DNA of 64,000 nt from an uncultured candidate division Zixibacteria bacterium (GCA_963668625.2 CAXXKA010000006.1:128001-192000), one strand, 5' to 3'; positions 1-9,643 are shown, numbered from the stretch's first letter. The notes: generated by a model from the sequence alone, not told the origin. Made by a program: numbers and translations.

Positions 1-797
1 AGATATTTTGATCTGGCGGTCTTTGAATACTGATATTTGAGAATGACTCCTTCATTACGTGCCTGCTCCATTTGTTTTATAGAGAAACGCGCAGGGCCAT
101 GCAGTAATGTGCCATCCTGTGATGACAGTACAGCTGCTTTCATGGGAGAGTGGCATTTATAACATTCAGCGGTTATTATATTCAGGTATTTTTTGCTCAA
201 ACCGCCGCCGCATTTTTCGCATTTCCCGTGAAGGCATATCGATACGGCTGATGGTGTTAATACGGGTTCCCAGAGCATGTTAAGATCAAGATCACTTTTT
301 AATGTGAATTCGATTACAATGATATTATTGCTGGTATAATAATCACGAGCTTTATCATCTGGGGCATGAGTTACAATTACCTCGACTACGGCAAATATTT
401 CACTATCTTGATCGAACAATGCGATATCGGGTATGCAATCGCCTGTGTTATACTCCATCTCCGCGCGAGTTACTTTCTTGAGCAGATTGCCCATGTGCTC
501 ATCGAGGCATTGGTTGCATTGCCATTTAAACGGCAGCTCGGCACTATCATCAATAGCTTTTCGGATTTTATCGAACAGCAGCATTTTAAAACCGAGATGA
601 ATAGCTGATTCGGGCGAGCATGGTTTATCGGTAGGCAGATGCGAGAAATGCGGACGTTTCAGAAGTCGCCGGCTGCTTTTGAATATCATCGGGCCGCCGC
701 ATTCCAGGCAATGGTATTCGATACCTTTAACCGCTTTGGCGGCATGCACTAGATTATTTTCGGGATCGTAAGCTACCGGGTATTTTAGCTCTTTCAT
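1..797 (-). CDS. CoiA-like zinc-ribbon + PD-(D/E)XK nuclease family protein (3' end runs off the window; absent from ORF track)
   Basis: Hand translation from ATG at 797: MKELKYPVAYDPENNLVHAAKAVKGIEYHCLECGGPMIFK..KRPHFSH..PESAIH (CoiA-type N-terminus), then IPDIALFD..AVVEVIVTHAPD (nuclease core), extra CxxC pairs (CNQC, CEKC, CYKC); open to position 1. Confidence 0.75.
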   Translation of the reverse strand, partial: MKELKYPVAYDPENNLVHAAKAVKGIEYHCLECGGPMIFKSSRRLLKRPHFSHLPTDKPCSPESAIHLGFKMLLFDKIRKAIDDSAELPFKWQCNQCLDEHMGNLLKKVTRAEMEYNTGDCIPDIALFDQDSEIFAVVEVIVTHAPDDKARDYYTSNNIIVIEFTLKSDLDLNMLWEPVLTPSAVSICLHGKCEKCGGGLSKKYLNIITAECYKCHSPMKAAVLSSQDGTLLHGPARFSIKQMEQARNEGVILKYQYSKTARSKY

Positions 798-981
798 GGT
801 ATTATCATATAAAATCATGTGAAATAGTACAAGTTGATTATTGGATTGAATTGGAAGTTAGTATCAGTATATTGCTCCGCTTTTATCCTGCCTAATCTTG
901 CCGTTGCGATGTCTTGGTCAGGTGCTGCTTGGAAACCTTCTTGAATCATGTAGAATGCGCATTCTGCAGGCAAACAAGCCA

Positions 982-1006
982 CGTTGCGAAGCAGCGCTTC
1001 GCAACG
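982..1006. repeat. REP-like palindrome
   Basis: CGTTGCGAAGC-AGC-GCTTCGCAACG perfect 11-bp inverted repeat in intergenic region. Confidence 0.55.
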
Positions 1007-1175
1007 AGATGAAAAGACCGGACACTAGTGATCATTTTATTATCCTGAAAAAATTATTTCTTTAACGTCATTACGAAACTTCTCCTTGGGTTTTGAATAC
1101 AAATAACTTGTAATACGACCCGCTAAATAATGAAGGGATAAACTCAATGATAAAAATACCTAAGTAGCAAAGCTG

Positions 1176-1204
1176 TTGACTTTAGCTGCTCAAATTCGTA
1201 TTTT
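1176..1204 (+). promoter_or_regulatory. sigma70-type promoter for HMGS operon
   Basis: TTGACT-N17-TATTTT, 72 nt upstream of ATG. Confidence 0.5.
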
Positions 1205-1275
1205 ATTATCTCTTTATCTGTATGCTTGAAAACAAAATTATCTTTCCAATAACTACCTCAACGAAAGGATACTAA

Positions 1276-2328
1276 ATGGTCGGTATCGTAGGTTATGGAG
1301 CGTATATACCCCTAAACCGTATCAAGGTGGAGGAAATCGCTAAAGTATGGGGTGCCGATGCTCCCAGCTTCAAAAAGGGGTTAATGCTTCAGGAAAAATC
1401 AGTTCCCAGCCCGGATCAGGACACGATCACCATGTCGGTGGAGGCAGCAAGGAGGGCCATCCTTCGCGCCGGAATCGATCCTAAGAATATCGGAGCTGTT
1501 TATATTGGTTCGGAATCACACCCCTATGCGGTGAAACCCTCCGGTGTTACGGTCGCCGAGGCGATAGGGGCGGTACCCGATTGTCATTGCGCCGATTTCG
1601 AGTTCGCCTGTAAAGCAGGTTCAGAGGGAATGTTCGTTGCCATGGGCCTGGTGAAAGCAGGCGAGATCGAATATGGTCTCGGTATCGGCGGCGATACCTC
1701 GCAAGGCGCTCCCGGTGATGCTCTGGAATACAGCGCCTCGGCTGGAGCCGCGGCTTATATATTTGGCAAGGAGAACCTGGTAGCAGAATGCCTGTACACT
1801 CACTCGTACATGACTGACACGCCTGATTTCTGGAGAAGGGAGTACCAGTTCTACCCTCGTCACGCCAGCCGCTTTACCGGTGAACCGGCGTATTTCAAAC
1901 ATACATTCGGCTGTACTCAGGCTATTTTGGAGAAAGCCAACATGAAACCCGAGGATTTCAGGTTCGTGGTGTTCCATCAACCCAATGGGAAATTCCCCAT
2001 GACCGCCGGTTTGAAGCAGGGATTCAAACGCGAGCAAATCGAGCAGGGCTGGCTCTCGCCGCTGCTGGGTAACACCTACTCCGGGGCATCGCCGATGGGC
2101 TTGTCAGCCTGTCTTGATGTCGCCGAGCCGGGAGATAAAATTCTGATGATCTCGTACGGTTCGGGTTCGGGTAGTGATGGTTTCATCTGGGAGGTCAAGG
2201 ATCGTATCAAAGAGGTTCAGAAGATGACCGTGCAAACCCGCGAACAGCTCGAATCAGATAAGAGAATTTACCTAGATTACGGCACCTACGCCAAGTATCG
2301 CGGCAAGATCAGGAAACTCCCCGTTTAA
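1276..2328 (+). CDS. Hydroxymethylglutaryl-CoA synthase, archaeal type
   Basis: GIVGYGAYIP start, GSESHPYAVKP (catalytic Glu), EFACKAG (catalytic Cys), FHQPNGKFP (His), GNTYSG, SYGSGSGSD; 350 aa like archaeal HMGS. Confidence 0.93.
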   Translation: MVGIVGYGAYIPLNRIKVEEIAKVWGADAPSFKKGLMLQEKSVPSPDQDTITMSVEAARRAILRAGIDPKNIGAVYIGSESHPYAVKPSGVTVAEAIGAVPDCHCADFEFACKAGSEGMFVAMGLVKAGEIEYGLGIGGDTSQGAPGDALEYSASAGAAAYIFGKENLVAECLYTHSYMTDTPDFWRREYQFYPRHASRFTGEPAYFKHTFGCTQAILEKANMKPEDFRFVVFHQPNGKFPMTAGLKQGFKREQIEQGWLSPLLGNTYSGASPMGLSACLDVAEPGDKILMISYGSGSGSDGFIWEVKDRIKEVQKMTVQTREQLESDKRIYLDYGTYAKYRGKIRKLPV

Positions 2329-2354
2329 CTAGAATGCAATAGGAGAATAGATAA

Positions 2355-3521
2355 ATGAGAGAAGTTGCAATAATCGGTATCGGAATGAACAAATGGGGTG
2401 AGTTGTGGGATATCTCTATCCGCAACCTGATAGCTGACTCCGCCCTGTTGGCTTTAGATGATGCCGGTATTGAAAAGGATAAAGTGGAAGCGATGTATAT
2501 CGGCTGCATGTCCTCAGGGTTGTTTACCGACCAGGAGCATCTGGCAGCTATTGGCCCGGATTACTCGGGCATGTTACCGATTCCGTGTACCCGTGTCGAG
2601 TCGGCCTGCGCCTCGGGTGGACTGGCTTTCCGTTCGGCGCTCATGCATGTAGCCTCGGGCATGGCCGATATCGTAATGGCTGTCGGTGTGGAGAAGATGA
2701 CAGATGTCGATGGCGCCGGAGCTACTTTCGGACTGGCCACCGCCGCCGATCAGGAATACGAGGTGTACAACGGCGTGACATTCCCCGGCCTGTATTCCAT
2801 GATGGCAACCCATCACATGCATCACCACGGAACCACCCGCGACCAGATCGCAATGGTGTCGGTGAAAAACCATGAGAACGGTTCGAAAAACCCGCTGGCC
2901 CAATTCCCCATGAAAGTTACTCTGGAACAGGTGAAAAACGCCGTGATGGTTGCCGATCCGCTTTCCATCCTGGATTGCTCGCCTATAACCGATGGCTCGG
3001 CTGCGGTGATACTGTGCTCGATGGATAAAGCTAAAGAGATCTGCAAGAAACGCCTGGTGAAAGTAACCGGCTCGGGTCACGCTACCGATACGATACAGCT
3101 TGCCCAGCGCGAGGATCTATCATATTTAAAATCAACCCGGATAGCCGCTGAAATGGCTTACAAGATGGCCGGTCGTACGATCAAGGATATCGATTTTGCC
3201 GAGGTACACGATTGTTTCACTATTGCCGAGATCATGGTGATGGAGGCTATCGGCCTGGTGGATAAAGGCAAAGGCGGCCCGGCGGTCGAAAGCGGGCTTA
3301 CGCGTATCGATGGCAAGTTCCCGATCAACGCCTCGGGCGGTTTGAAATCGAAAGGTCATCCCGTGGGAGCTACCGGTGTAGCTCAGATAGTCGAGCTTAC
3401 CAAGCAGATTCGCGGTATTGCCGATGAGGGCCGTCAGCTAAAGAAAGCTGATGTTGGATTAGCACAGAACATGGGCGGCTCCGGTGCCAGCTCAGTTGTT
3501 CATATACTGGAGGGAATTTAA
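2355..3521 (+). CDS. Acetoacetyl-CoA thiolase, archaeal/SCP2 type
   Basis: [10 protein letters not shown] (nucleophile Cys), [38 protein letters not shown]. Confidence 0.92.
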   Translation: MREVAIIGIGMNKWGELWDISIRNLIADSALLALDDAGIEKDKVEAMYIGCMSSGLFTDQEHLAAIGPDYSGMLPIPCTRVESACASGGLAFRSALMHVASGMADIVMAVGVEKMTDVDGAGATFGLATAADQEYEVYNGVTFPGLYSMMATHHMHHHGTTRDQIAMVSVKNHENGSKNPLAQFPMKVTLEQVKNAVMVADPLSILDCSPITDGSAAVILCSMDKAKEICKKRLVKVTGSGHATDTIQLAQREDLSYLKSTRIAAEMAYKMAGRTIKDIDFAEVHDCFTIAEIMVMEAIGLVDKGKGGPAVESGLTRIDGKFPINASGGLKSKGHPVGATGVAQIVELTKQIRGIADEGRQLKKADVGLAQNMGGSGASSVVHILEGI

Positions 3522-3522
3522 T

Positions 3523-3915
3523 ATGCCGGCACCCAGATATTGGAGAGAGATACCTCAACGCTATCGCTATGAGGGCGTTAAATGCAAAAAGTGCGGCAAG
3601 GTCTGTTTCCCGACCAGGATAGTTTGCCCACAGTGTCAGCATCGCGAGTTCGATAAGGTGGTGGTTAGCACCGCCGGAACGCTAGAGACATTCACCGTGA
3701 TACGCGTAGCGCCATCACAGTTCGTAGACCAGGCGCCGTACCCGATCGGTATCGTTAACCTTGGTGATGATGTCAAAGTGCTATGCCAGGTGGCGGATGT
3801 TGCTCCCGAGGATTTGAAAGTCGGGATGAAGCTCAAACTCGAGTTCCGTAAAATCCAGCAGGAGCATGAGGATGGCATACTCTGCTACGGCTACAAGGCC
3901 GTACCGGAGGCCTAA
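3523..3915 (+). CDS. DUF35 Zn-ribbon/OB-fold scaffold protein of thiolase-HMGS complex
   Basis: MPAPRYWR start, CKKC..CPQC Zn ribbon, OB fold, C-terminal YGYKA; ATG 1 nt after thiolase stop. Confidence 0.9.
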   Translation: MPAPRYWREIPQRYRYEGVKCKKCGKVCFPTRIVCPQCQHREFDKVVVSTAGTLETFTVIRVAPSQFVDQAPYPIGIVNLGDDVKVLCQVADVAPEDLKVGMKLKLEFRKIQQEHEDGILCYGYKAVPEA

Positions 3916-3932
3916 GAAGAATGCAAAAACGA

Positions 3933-3961
3933 GTAGGGGCACAAGCATGCTGTGCCCCTGC
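3933..3961 (+). repeat. GTAG-type REP hairpin
   Basis: GTAGGGGCACA-AGCATGC-TGTGCCCCTGC. Confidence 0.7.
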
Positions 3962-3994
3962 GTTTATGTATCAAAATTGAATAAAATGCCGCAT

Positions 3995-4787
3995 GTGTCA
4001 GGATGGAAGGAACGACATCCTGACACTTGTAGCCCGTTTGTATTAGTAGATCAACGATAAGCTTATATGTCAGGATGGAAGCATAGCGACATCCTGACAT
4101 TGAATTCATTACGCACATGAATAATAACTGGAAGAATCATTATCTGGACAATGCCATACATCACGTAACCGGTACCGTTAATGCGTGGCAGAAAGTTTTA
4201 GTGTATCCTGATATATTATCTATTTTATTTTTAGACTTAAACCGTATGACTGTTAGATGGAATGTTACAGTATGGGGATTTGTAATCATGCCGGAACATT
4301 TTCATATGCTAATACAGAGCTGTAAAGGTGAGAATATTAAAAAGTTTATTCACGGTGGTAGACGTTCGATTTCAGGGAGAGTGAAGAGATTTATTGAATC
4401 GAATAATAGAATTATTGCAGATTATTGTGTTAAAAGCGGAATCAATACATCAATAATCTTTAATGTAAAAACAGCAGGGAAATTATCTTTTAGGTTTTGG
4501 AAAGAAAAACCTGGAGTATTTCCTATTTCTAATGAGATTGATGTCCAAAAGAAACTTGATTATATTCATAATAATCCTGTTAGGCGAGGTTTAGTTAAAT
4601 CACCTGAGGAATGGGAGTATTCGAGTTTTAATTATTATGCTGATGGGAAAATTGTAGGTTTGCCTGTTGGCGGGGGGCGTCAGGATGTCGCTAAGCTTCC
4701 ATCCTGACGGATAAAAGATGCTCTTATAAAAGAGATTGAATAAAATATACTTTATGTGTCAGGATGGAAGGAACGACATCCTGACAC
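3995..4787. mobile_element. REPtron: RAYT gene flanked by four (T/C)GTCAGGATG..CATCCTGAC(A/G) REP hairpins
   Basis: Copies at 3995-4026, 4067-4100, 4678-4709 (inverted) and 4756-4787; outer two identical (GTGTCAGGATGGAAGGAACGACATCCTGACAC). Confidence 0.85.
4117..4707 (+). CDS. REP-associated tyrosine transposase (RAYT, Y1 HUH family)
   Basis: GFVIMPEHFHML (HUH), RFW, KLDYIHNNPVRRGLV..PEEWEYSS (catalytic Tyr); AT-rich relative to neighbours; flanked by REPs. Confidence 0.92.
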   Translation: MNNNWKNHYLDNAIHHVTGTVNAWQKVLVYPDILSILFLDLNRMTVRWNVTVWGFVIMPEHFHMLIQSCKGENIKKFIHGGRRSISGRVKRFIESNNRIIADYCVKSGINTSIIFNVKTAGKLSFRFWKEKPGVFPISNEIDVQKKLDYIHNNPVRRGLVKSPEEWEYSSFNYYADGKIVGLPVGGGRQDVAKLPS

Positions 4788-4826
4788 TTTGGCAGATAAA
4801 TCGAACTAAACACGAAATGGAGCGAG

Positions 4827-6434
4827 ATGTTTCAAATAGAATCTAAGATCGACACCAAAAGCGCTGAGTTCAAAGCTAACTCAGAACACTGGAGAAAGCA
4901 GGCGGATGAATTCCGTGAACGTCTGGAGAAAGTAAAACAGGGCGGCCCGGAGAGAGCCCGGGATAAGCATCTCAAGAGAGGCAAGCTCTTAACCCGCGAC
5001 AGGGTCAGAGGTCTGTTCGATAAGAACACCCCGTTTCTCGAGCTAAGCTCGCTGGCCGCGTACGACATGTACGATAACGATGCTCCAAGCGCCGGTATTA
5101 TCACCGGTATCGGGGTTGTGCATGGCCGCGAGGTGCTGGTAGTTGCCAATGATGCCACAGTCAAGGGGGGAACATACTACCCCATGACAATCAAGAAACA
5201 TGTCCGGGCGCAGGAGGTGGCCGAGGCTAATAACCTTCCCTGTGTGTACCTCGTAGACTCAGGCGGCGTATTCCTGCCGCATCAGAAAGATGTGTTCCCC
5301 GACAAAGGCCATTTCGGAACGATATTCTACAACCAGGCCAGGTTATCCGCTAAAGGCATTGCTCAAATAGCTGTCGTGATGGGCTCATGCACGGCCGGTG
5401 GCGCGTATGTTCCGGCTATGAGTGATGAGGCTGTCATCGTACGCAAGCAGGGGACGATTTTCATAGGTGGCCCGCCTCTGGTTAAAGCTGCCACCGGTGT
5501 GGATGTCACCGATGAGGATTTAGGCGGCGCAGATGTTCATTGCCGTATCTCAGGCACCGCAGACCATTACGCTTTAAACGATGAGCATGCGCTGCAAATC
5601 ACCCGTAACATAGTCGAATGCCTGGAAGCTCCGAAGAAAACAGATATCGGCAGAAGAGAGCCCGAGGAGCCCAAGTACGATCCTAAAGAGCTGTTCGGCG
5701 TGATGCCCGCCGATATCAGAAAGCCTTTCGATATTAGAGAGATTATAGCCCGCATAGTTGACCGAAGCGAGTTCCAGGAGTTCAAGGAGCTATACGGCCA
5801 GACACTGGTCTGTGGTTTCGCTCGTATCATGGGGTACCCGGTTGGCATACTGGCCAATAACGGCGTGCTGTTTTCCGAAAGCTCGGTTAAAGGCGCGCAT
5901 TTTATTGAGCTATGTACTACGCGTAAAATTCCGCTGTTGTTTCTTCAGAATATTACCGGTTTCATCGTAGGCAAAGACTACGAGCACGGTGGTATCGCCC
6001 GTAACGGCGCCAAGCTGGTGCATGCCGTAGCCAACGCCGATGTCCCCAAGCTGACAGTGATGGTGGGTGGCTCATACGGCGCGGGCAACTACGCCATGTG
6101 CGGACGAGGCTACGAGCCAAGGTTCATCTGGATGTGGCCCAGCTCTAAAATATCCGTGATGGGCGGCGAGCAGGCAGCTAATGTGCTTCTGACCGTGCGC
6201 AAGAAAGGCCTCGAGGCTAAAGGTAAATCGATGACCAAAGAGGAGGAGGATGAGTTCCTCAAACCGATTATCGAACGATACGATTACGAGGGCTCGCCGT
6301 ATTTCTCCACCGCGCGTATCTGGGATGACGGAATAATCGATATGCTCGATACCCGTAACGTAATCGCGCTGGGATTATCGGCGGCGTTGAACGCATCGAT
6401 ACCGGAACAGCGTTACGGCGTGTTCAGGATGTAG
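4827..6434 (+). CDS. liuB: 3-methylcrotonyl-CoA carboxylase beta (carboxyltransferase) subunit
   Basis: [59 protein letters not shown]-terminal YGVFRM. Confidence 0.92.
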   Translation: MFQIESKIDTKSAEFKANSEHWRKQADEFRERLEKVKQGGPERARDKHLKRGKLLTRDRVRGLFDKNTPFLELSSLAAYDMYDNDAPSAGIITGIGVVHGREVLVVANDATVKGGTYYPMTIKKHVRAQEVAEANNLPCVYLVDSGGVFLPHQKDVFPDKGHFGTIFYNQARLSAKGIAQIAVVMGSCTAGGAYVPAMSDEAVIVRKQGTIFIGGPPLVKAATGVDVTDEDLGGADVHCRISGTADHYALNDEHALQITRNIVECLEAPKKTDIGRREPEEPKYDPKELFGVMPADIRKPFDIREIIARIVDRSEFQEFKELYGQTLVCGFARIMGYPVGILANNGVLFSESSVKGAHFIELCTTRKIPLLFLQNITGFIVGKDYEHGGIARNGAKLVHAVANADVPKLTVMVGGSYGAGNYAMCGRGYEPRFIWMWPSSKISVMGGEQAANVLLTVRKKGLEAKGKSMTKEEEDEFLKPIIERYDYEGSPYFSTARIWDDGIIDMLDTRNVIALGLSAALNASIPEQRYGVFRM

Positions 6435-6531
6435 AGGTGACTATGGCGGATAACAATACATGCGGCTGGGGTACGGCCTCACGCCCCAACAATTGGTACA
6501 AGTTTACGTATGTCAAAATGAGAAGGCAATT

Positions 6532-7326
6532 ATGACAGATATAAAGCAATACACGACTATCAAACTTGATATAAGAGGCAAAGTAGCCCGGGTGATATTA
6601 AACCGTCCCGAGATAAGAAACGCGTTCAATAACGTGATGATCTCGGAGATGACCGAGGTATTCAAGCATATAAACTCCCGTGATGACCTCCGCGTGGTGG
6701 TAGTTACCGGCGAGGGCAAAGCGTTCTGCGCCGGCGCCGATTTGAAATGGATGAAAGGCGTTCTGGACTACACTTACGAGGAGAACCTTCAGGACAGCCA
6801 GAATCTCTCGGATATGTTCGCCGAGATGGCCAACTGCCCGCTGCCTACTATCGCTCGCGTGGATGGCCCGGCTATCGGAGGCGGCACCGGTATGGTAGCT
6901 GTTAACGATATCGTGATCGCCTCGGAGAACGCGCTTTTCAGCTTGAGCGAGGTCAAGATCGGTCTGGTTCCCGCCTGTATCTCTCCCTATGTCATCCGCA
7001 GAATGGGAGATTCCAACGCTCGCGAGTATTTCCTGACCGGCGAACGTCTGAACGCCGAGAAAGCCAAAGCCGCCGGACTGGTAAACCGTGTGGTTAGTTC
7101 GGATAAATTGGATAAGGAGATAGATGCACTGATTAAGCAGCTTCTATCAAGCGGTCCTAATGCTCTTGCCTGGTGCAAGCAGCTTATCGATAAAGTCCCG
7201 CCGATGGGGCAGAATGAGTACGGCCGTTACACCGCCGAGGTGATAACAAAGCTTCGCATGAGTGATGAGGGGCAGGAGGGCATGAAAGCGTTTTTCGAAA
7301 AGCGCAAACCCAAATGGTGCGAGTAA
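6532..7326 (+). CDS. liuC: Enoyl-CoA hydratase, probable methylglutaconyl-CoA hydratase
   Basis: LNRPEIRNAFN, FCAGADLKWM, AIGGGTG, SEVKIGLVPACISPYV, EGQEGMKAFFEKRKP; between MCC subunits; ATG 6532 preferred over 6460. Confidence 0.85.
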   Translation: MTDIKQYTTIKLDIRGKVARVILNRPEIRNAFNNVMISEMTEVFKHINSRDDLRVVVVTGEGKAFCAGADLKWMKGVLDYTYEENLQDSQNLSDMFAEMANCPLPTIARVDGPAIGGGTGMVAVNDIVIASENALFSLSEVKIGLVPACISPYVIRRMGDSNAREYFLTGERLNAEKAKAAGLVNRVVSSDKLDKEIDALIKQLLSSGPNALAWCKQLIDKVPPMGQNEYGRYTAEVITKLRMSDEGQEGMKAFFEKRKPKWCE

Positions 7327-7338
7327 CTTGATAGAAGA

Positions 7339-7587
7339 GTAGATCAAAACCCCTGCGGTTTTGATGCTATCGTTAGATGAGATTAAGTATCAATTAAAAT
7401 AAGATGAAGATAATTAGCAACTTAGGAAGCAAATAATGTTTTCAAAAATACTAGATGAGTAGGTCAAAATCCCTGCGGTTTTAACGATTGATAAATCACT
7501 AATCGTAGGTCAAGTCCACTCGGAACTTGGCAAACCGCTTGAATAAGGACAATAAAAATAGTCATGCCCCAAGTAGGCATGACCTAC
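7339..7587. repeat. Cluster of four GTAG-type REP hairpins (BIME-like)
   Basis: GTAGATCAAAAC..GTTTTGAT (7339), GTAGGTCAAAAT.. (7459), GTAGGTCAAGT..ACTTGGC (7505), and inverted GTAGGTCATGCC..GGCATGAC (7561-7587). Confidence 0.75.
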
Positions 7588-7599
7588 CAAGGACTGATA

Positions 7600-9102
7600 A
7601 TGTTTTCAAAAATACTAGTAGCTAACAGAGGCGAGATTGCGGTTCGAGTGATGAAAGCCTGTCGCGAGCTGGGAATCAAAACCGTGGCGGTATACTCGAC
7701 TATCGATCGTGATGCTCTTCACGTGCAGGTTGCCGATCAGGCCGTATGTATCGGCGAAGCCCCTCCCGGCGAGAGCTACCTCAATATCGATGCTATCATA
7801 AATGCGATTAAAGAGACCGGCGCCGATGCTGTTCATCCCGGCTATGGCTTTTTATCCGAGAACTATCTTTTCGCCGAGAGATGCGCAAAAGAGGGGATAG
7901 CGTTTATCGGGCCGTCGGCGGAATCGATGAAACTGGTGGGTGATAAGGTCGCCTCGCGCGAGGTGACAGAGAAAGCCGGCATACCGCTAATCCCCGGTAT
8001 GAGAGGCAAGAGCACGGATGTCAATGAATGCCTGGAGGAGGCCGAGCGAATCGGTTACCCGGTACTGCTTAAAGCCTCGGCAGGCGGCGGTGGCAAAGGT
8101 ATGCGCGTAGCTCGTGATAAAGCCGAGCTTAAGGACGCCGTGGAGGCGGGTATGCGCGAGGCCGGTTCGGCGTTCGGCGATCCCTCGGTGTATCTCGAAA
8201 AATATATCGAGCAGCCCCGTCATATAGAGTTCCAGGTGCTAGCTGATAATCACGGCAACGCCATTCACTTGTTCGAAAGGGAATGCTCGATACAACGCCG
8301 TCACCAGAAAATAGTAGAGGAAAGCCCCTCGCCGGTGCTAACCGATGAGCTTCGCAAAAAGATGGGCGAAACTGCCCTGAAAGTAGTCGAGGTCTCCAAT
8401 TATACCAACGCCGGTACGGTTGAGATGCTTCTGGATAAGCACGGCAATTACTATTTCCTGGAGGTCAATGCCCGCCTTCAGGTGGAGCACCCCGTAACCG
8501 AAATGGTAACAGGTGTTGACCTGGTGCACGCCCAGATAAGAATTGCCGCCGGCGAGAAGCTCTGGATAAAACAGGAGGATCTGTCCCAGCGCGGTCATGC
8601 AATCGAATGCCGTATCTATGCTGAGGATCCCGAAAACAATTTCTTACCTTCAGCCGGTAAGATACTTTATATGAAAGAACCAACCGGTCCCGGCATCCGT
8701 CACGATTGCGGCGTGTTCTCCGGCTACGAGGTTTCGGTTTATTATGATCCGATACTTTCCAAACTGATTGCCTGGGCGCCGGATCGTGAAATATGCTGCC
8801 ATCGTATGGCAAGAGCGCTGGAGGATTTTCCGGTTCTGGGAATCAAAACCGGTATCGAGTTTTTGCGGGATGTCGTGATTCATCCTGAATTTATTGCCGG
8901 TAACACTTTCACGGATTTCATCCCGGCCAACATGCCGGATTGGAAACACGAATCCGGGAATGGCGTTTTAAACGAGGCGTTAATTTCGGCGGTATTGTTC
9001 GGTAAATACAATCGCAAAAAGTCGATGGTGTCAGGTAAACAGGAGCTACCCTCGCCCTGGCTGGAGATAGGTGACTGGCAAATCGGCTCGGGCGCGGTTT
9101 AA
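7600..9102 (+). CDS. liuD: Biotin carboxylase (methylcrotonyl-CoA carboxylase alpha subunit, BC part)
   Basis: MFSKILVANRGEIA, HPGYGFLSEN, KASAGGGGKGMR, ERECSIQRRHQK, EVNARLQVEHPVTE, RIYAEDP. Confidence 0.92.
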   Translation: MFSKILVANRGEIAVRVMKACRELGIKTVAVYSTIDRDALHVQVADQAVCIGEAPPGESYLNIDAIINAIKETGADAVHPGYGFLSENYLFAERCAKEGIAFIGPSAESMKLVGDKVASREVTEKAGIPLIPGMRGKSTDVNECLEEAERIGYPVLLKASAGGGGKGMRVARDKAELKDAVEAGMREAGSAFGDPSVYLEKYIEQPRHIEFQVLADNHGNAIHLFERECSIQRRHQKIVEESPSPVLTDELRKKMGETALKVVEVSNYTNAGTVEMLLDKHGNYYFLEVNARLQVEHPVTEMVTGVDLVHAQIRIAAGEKLWIKQEDLSQRGHAIECRIYAEDPENNFLPSAGKILYMKEPTGPGIRHDCGVFSGYEVSVYYDPILSKLIAWAPDREICCHRMARALEDFPVLGIKTGIEFLRDVVIHPEFIAGNTFTDFIPANMPDWKHESGNGVLNEALISAVLFGKYNRKKSMVSGKQELPSPWLEIGDWQIGSGAV

Positions 9103-9118
9103 AAAAGATGGAGTTATA

Positions 9119-9643
9119 ATGGAACAAGAATTTGTATATCAGGGCGAGACTTATACGGTAAAAGTTGAAAACGCCAACGGGGATAACTCCAAGTCCGAGG
9201 CATTCAAAGCCTCGATAGCCGAGCGAGAATATGCGATTGACCTGGCAAAAGTGTCGGCTAATTGTTTCTCTGTCTCTTTCGATGGCACAAATAAAACCGT
9301 TTATGTTACTGATTCGGATGATTCGGTATTCGTTCACCTGGATGGTCGTGTCGTTAGGTTGGATAAGATTACCGATGACGCGAAGAAATTTTCCTCTGCC
9401 GGATTGGAGTATGGCGCCAAGGATGAGATCAAAGCGCCTATGCCGGGTAAGGTGGTGAAAATACTGGTCGAGCAGGGGCAGACGATCGAGGTCGGCCAAC
9501 CGCTGGTAATAGTTGAGTCGATGAAGATGGAGAACGAAATCAAATCGCCAACAAACGGGACTGTAAAGGCGATTAATTTTGCAGCCGGAGATTTAGTCGA
9601 TCCCAGTCAGGCGATATTAAATCTAGAACCTGATGAGGAGTAA
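9119..9643 (+). CDS. Biotin carboxyl carrier protein (with N-terminal BT-like region)
   Basis: APMPGKVV..VESMKMENEI biotinylation motif; SD GGAG before ATG 9119. Confidence 0.9.
   Translation: MEQEFVYQGETYTVKVENANGDNSKSEAFKASIAEREYAIDLAKVSANCFSVSFDGTNKTVYVTDSDDSVFVHLDGRVVRLDKITDDAKKFSSAGLEYGAKDEIKAPMPGKVVKILVEQGQTIEVGQPLVIVESMKMENEIKSPTNGTVKAINFAAGDLVDPSQAILNLEPDEE

Noticed and set aside
366-608. 80-aa plus-strand ORF
   Set aside because: Antisense shadow of the longer CoiA-like frame on the minus strand.
1276-3915. phlABC (2,4-diacetylphloroglucinol acetyltransferase) cluster
   Set aside because: The HMGS homologue keeps its catalytic Glu/Cys/His and there is no type III PKS (phlD) nearby.
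4117-4707. IS200/IS605 TnpA insertion sequence
   Set aside because: NP..GLV..WEYSS tail and multiple flanking REP hairpins indicate RAYT; no tnpB.
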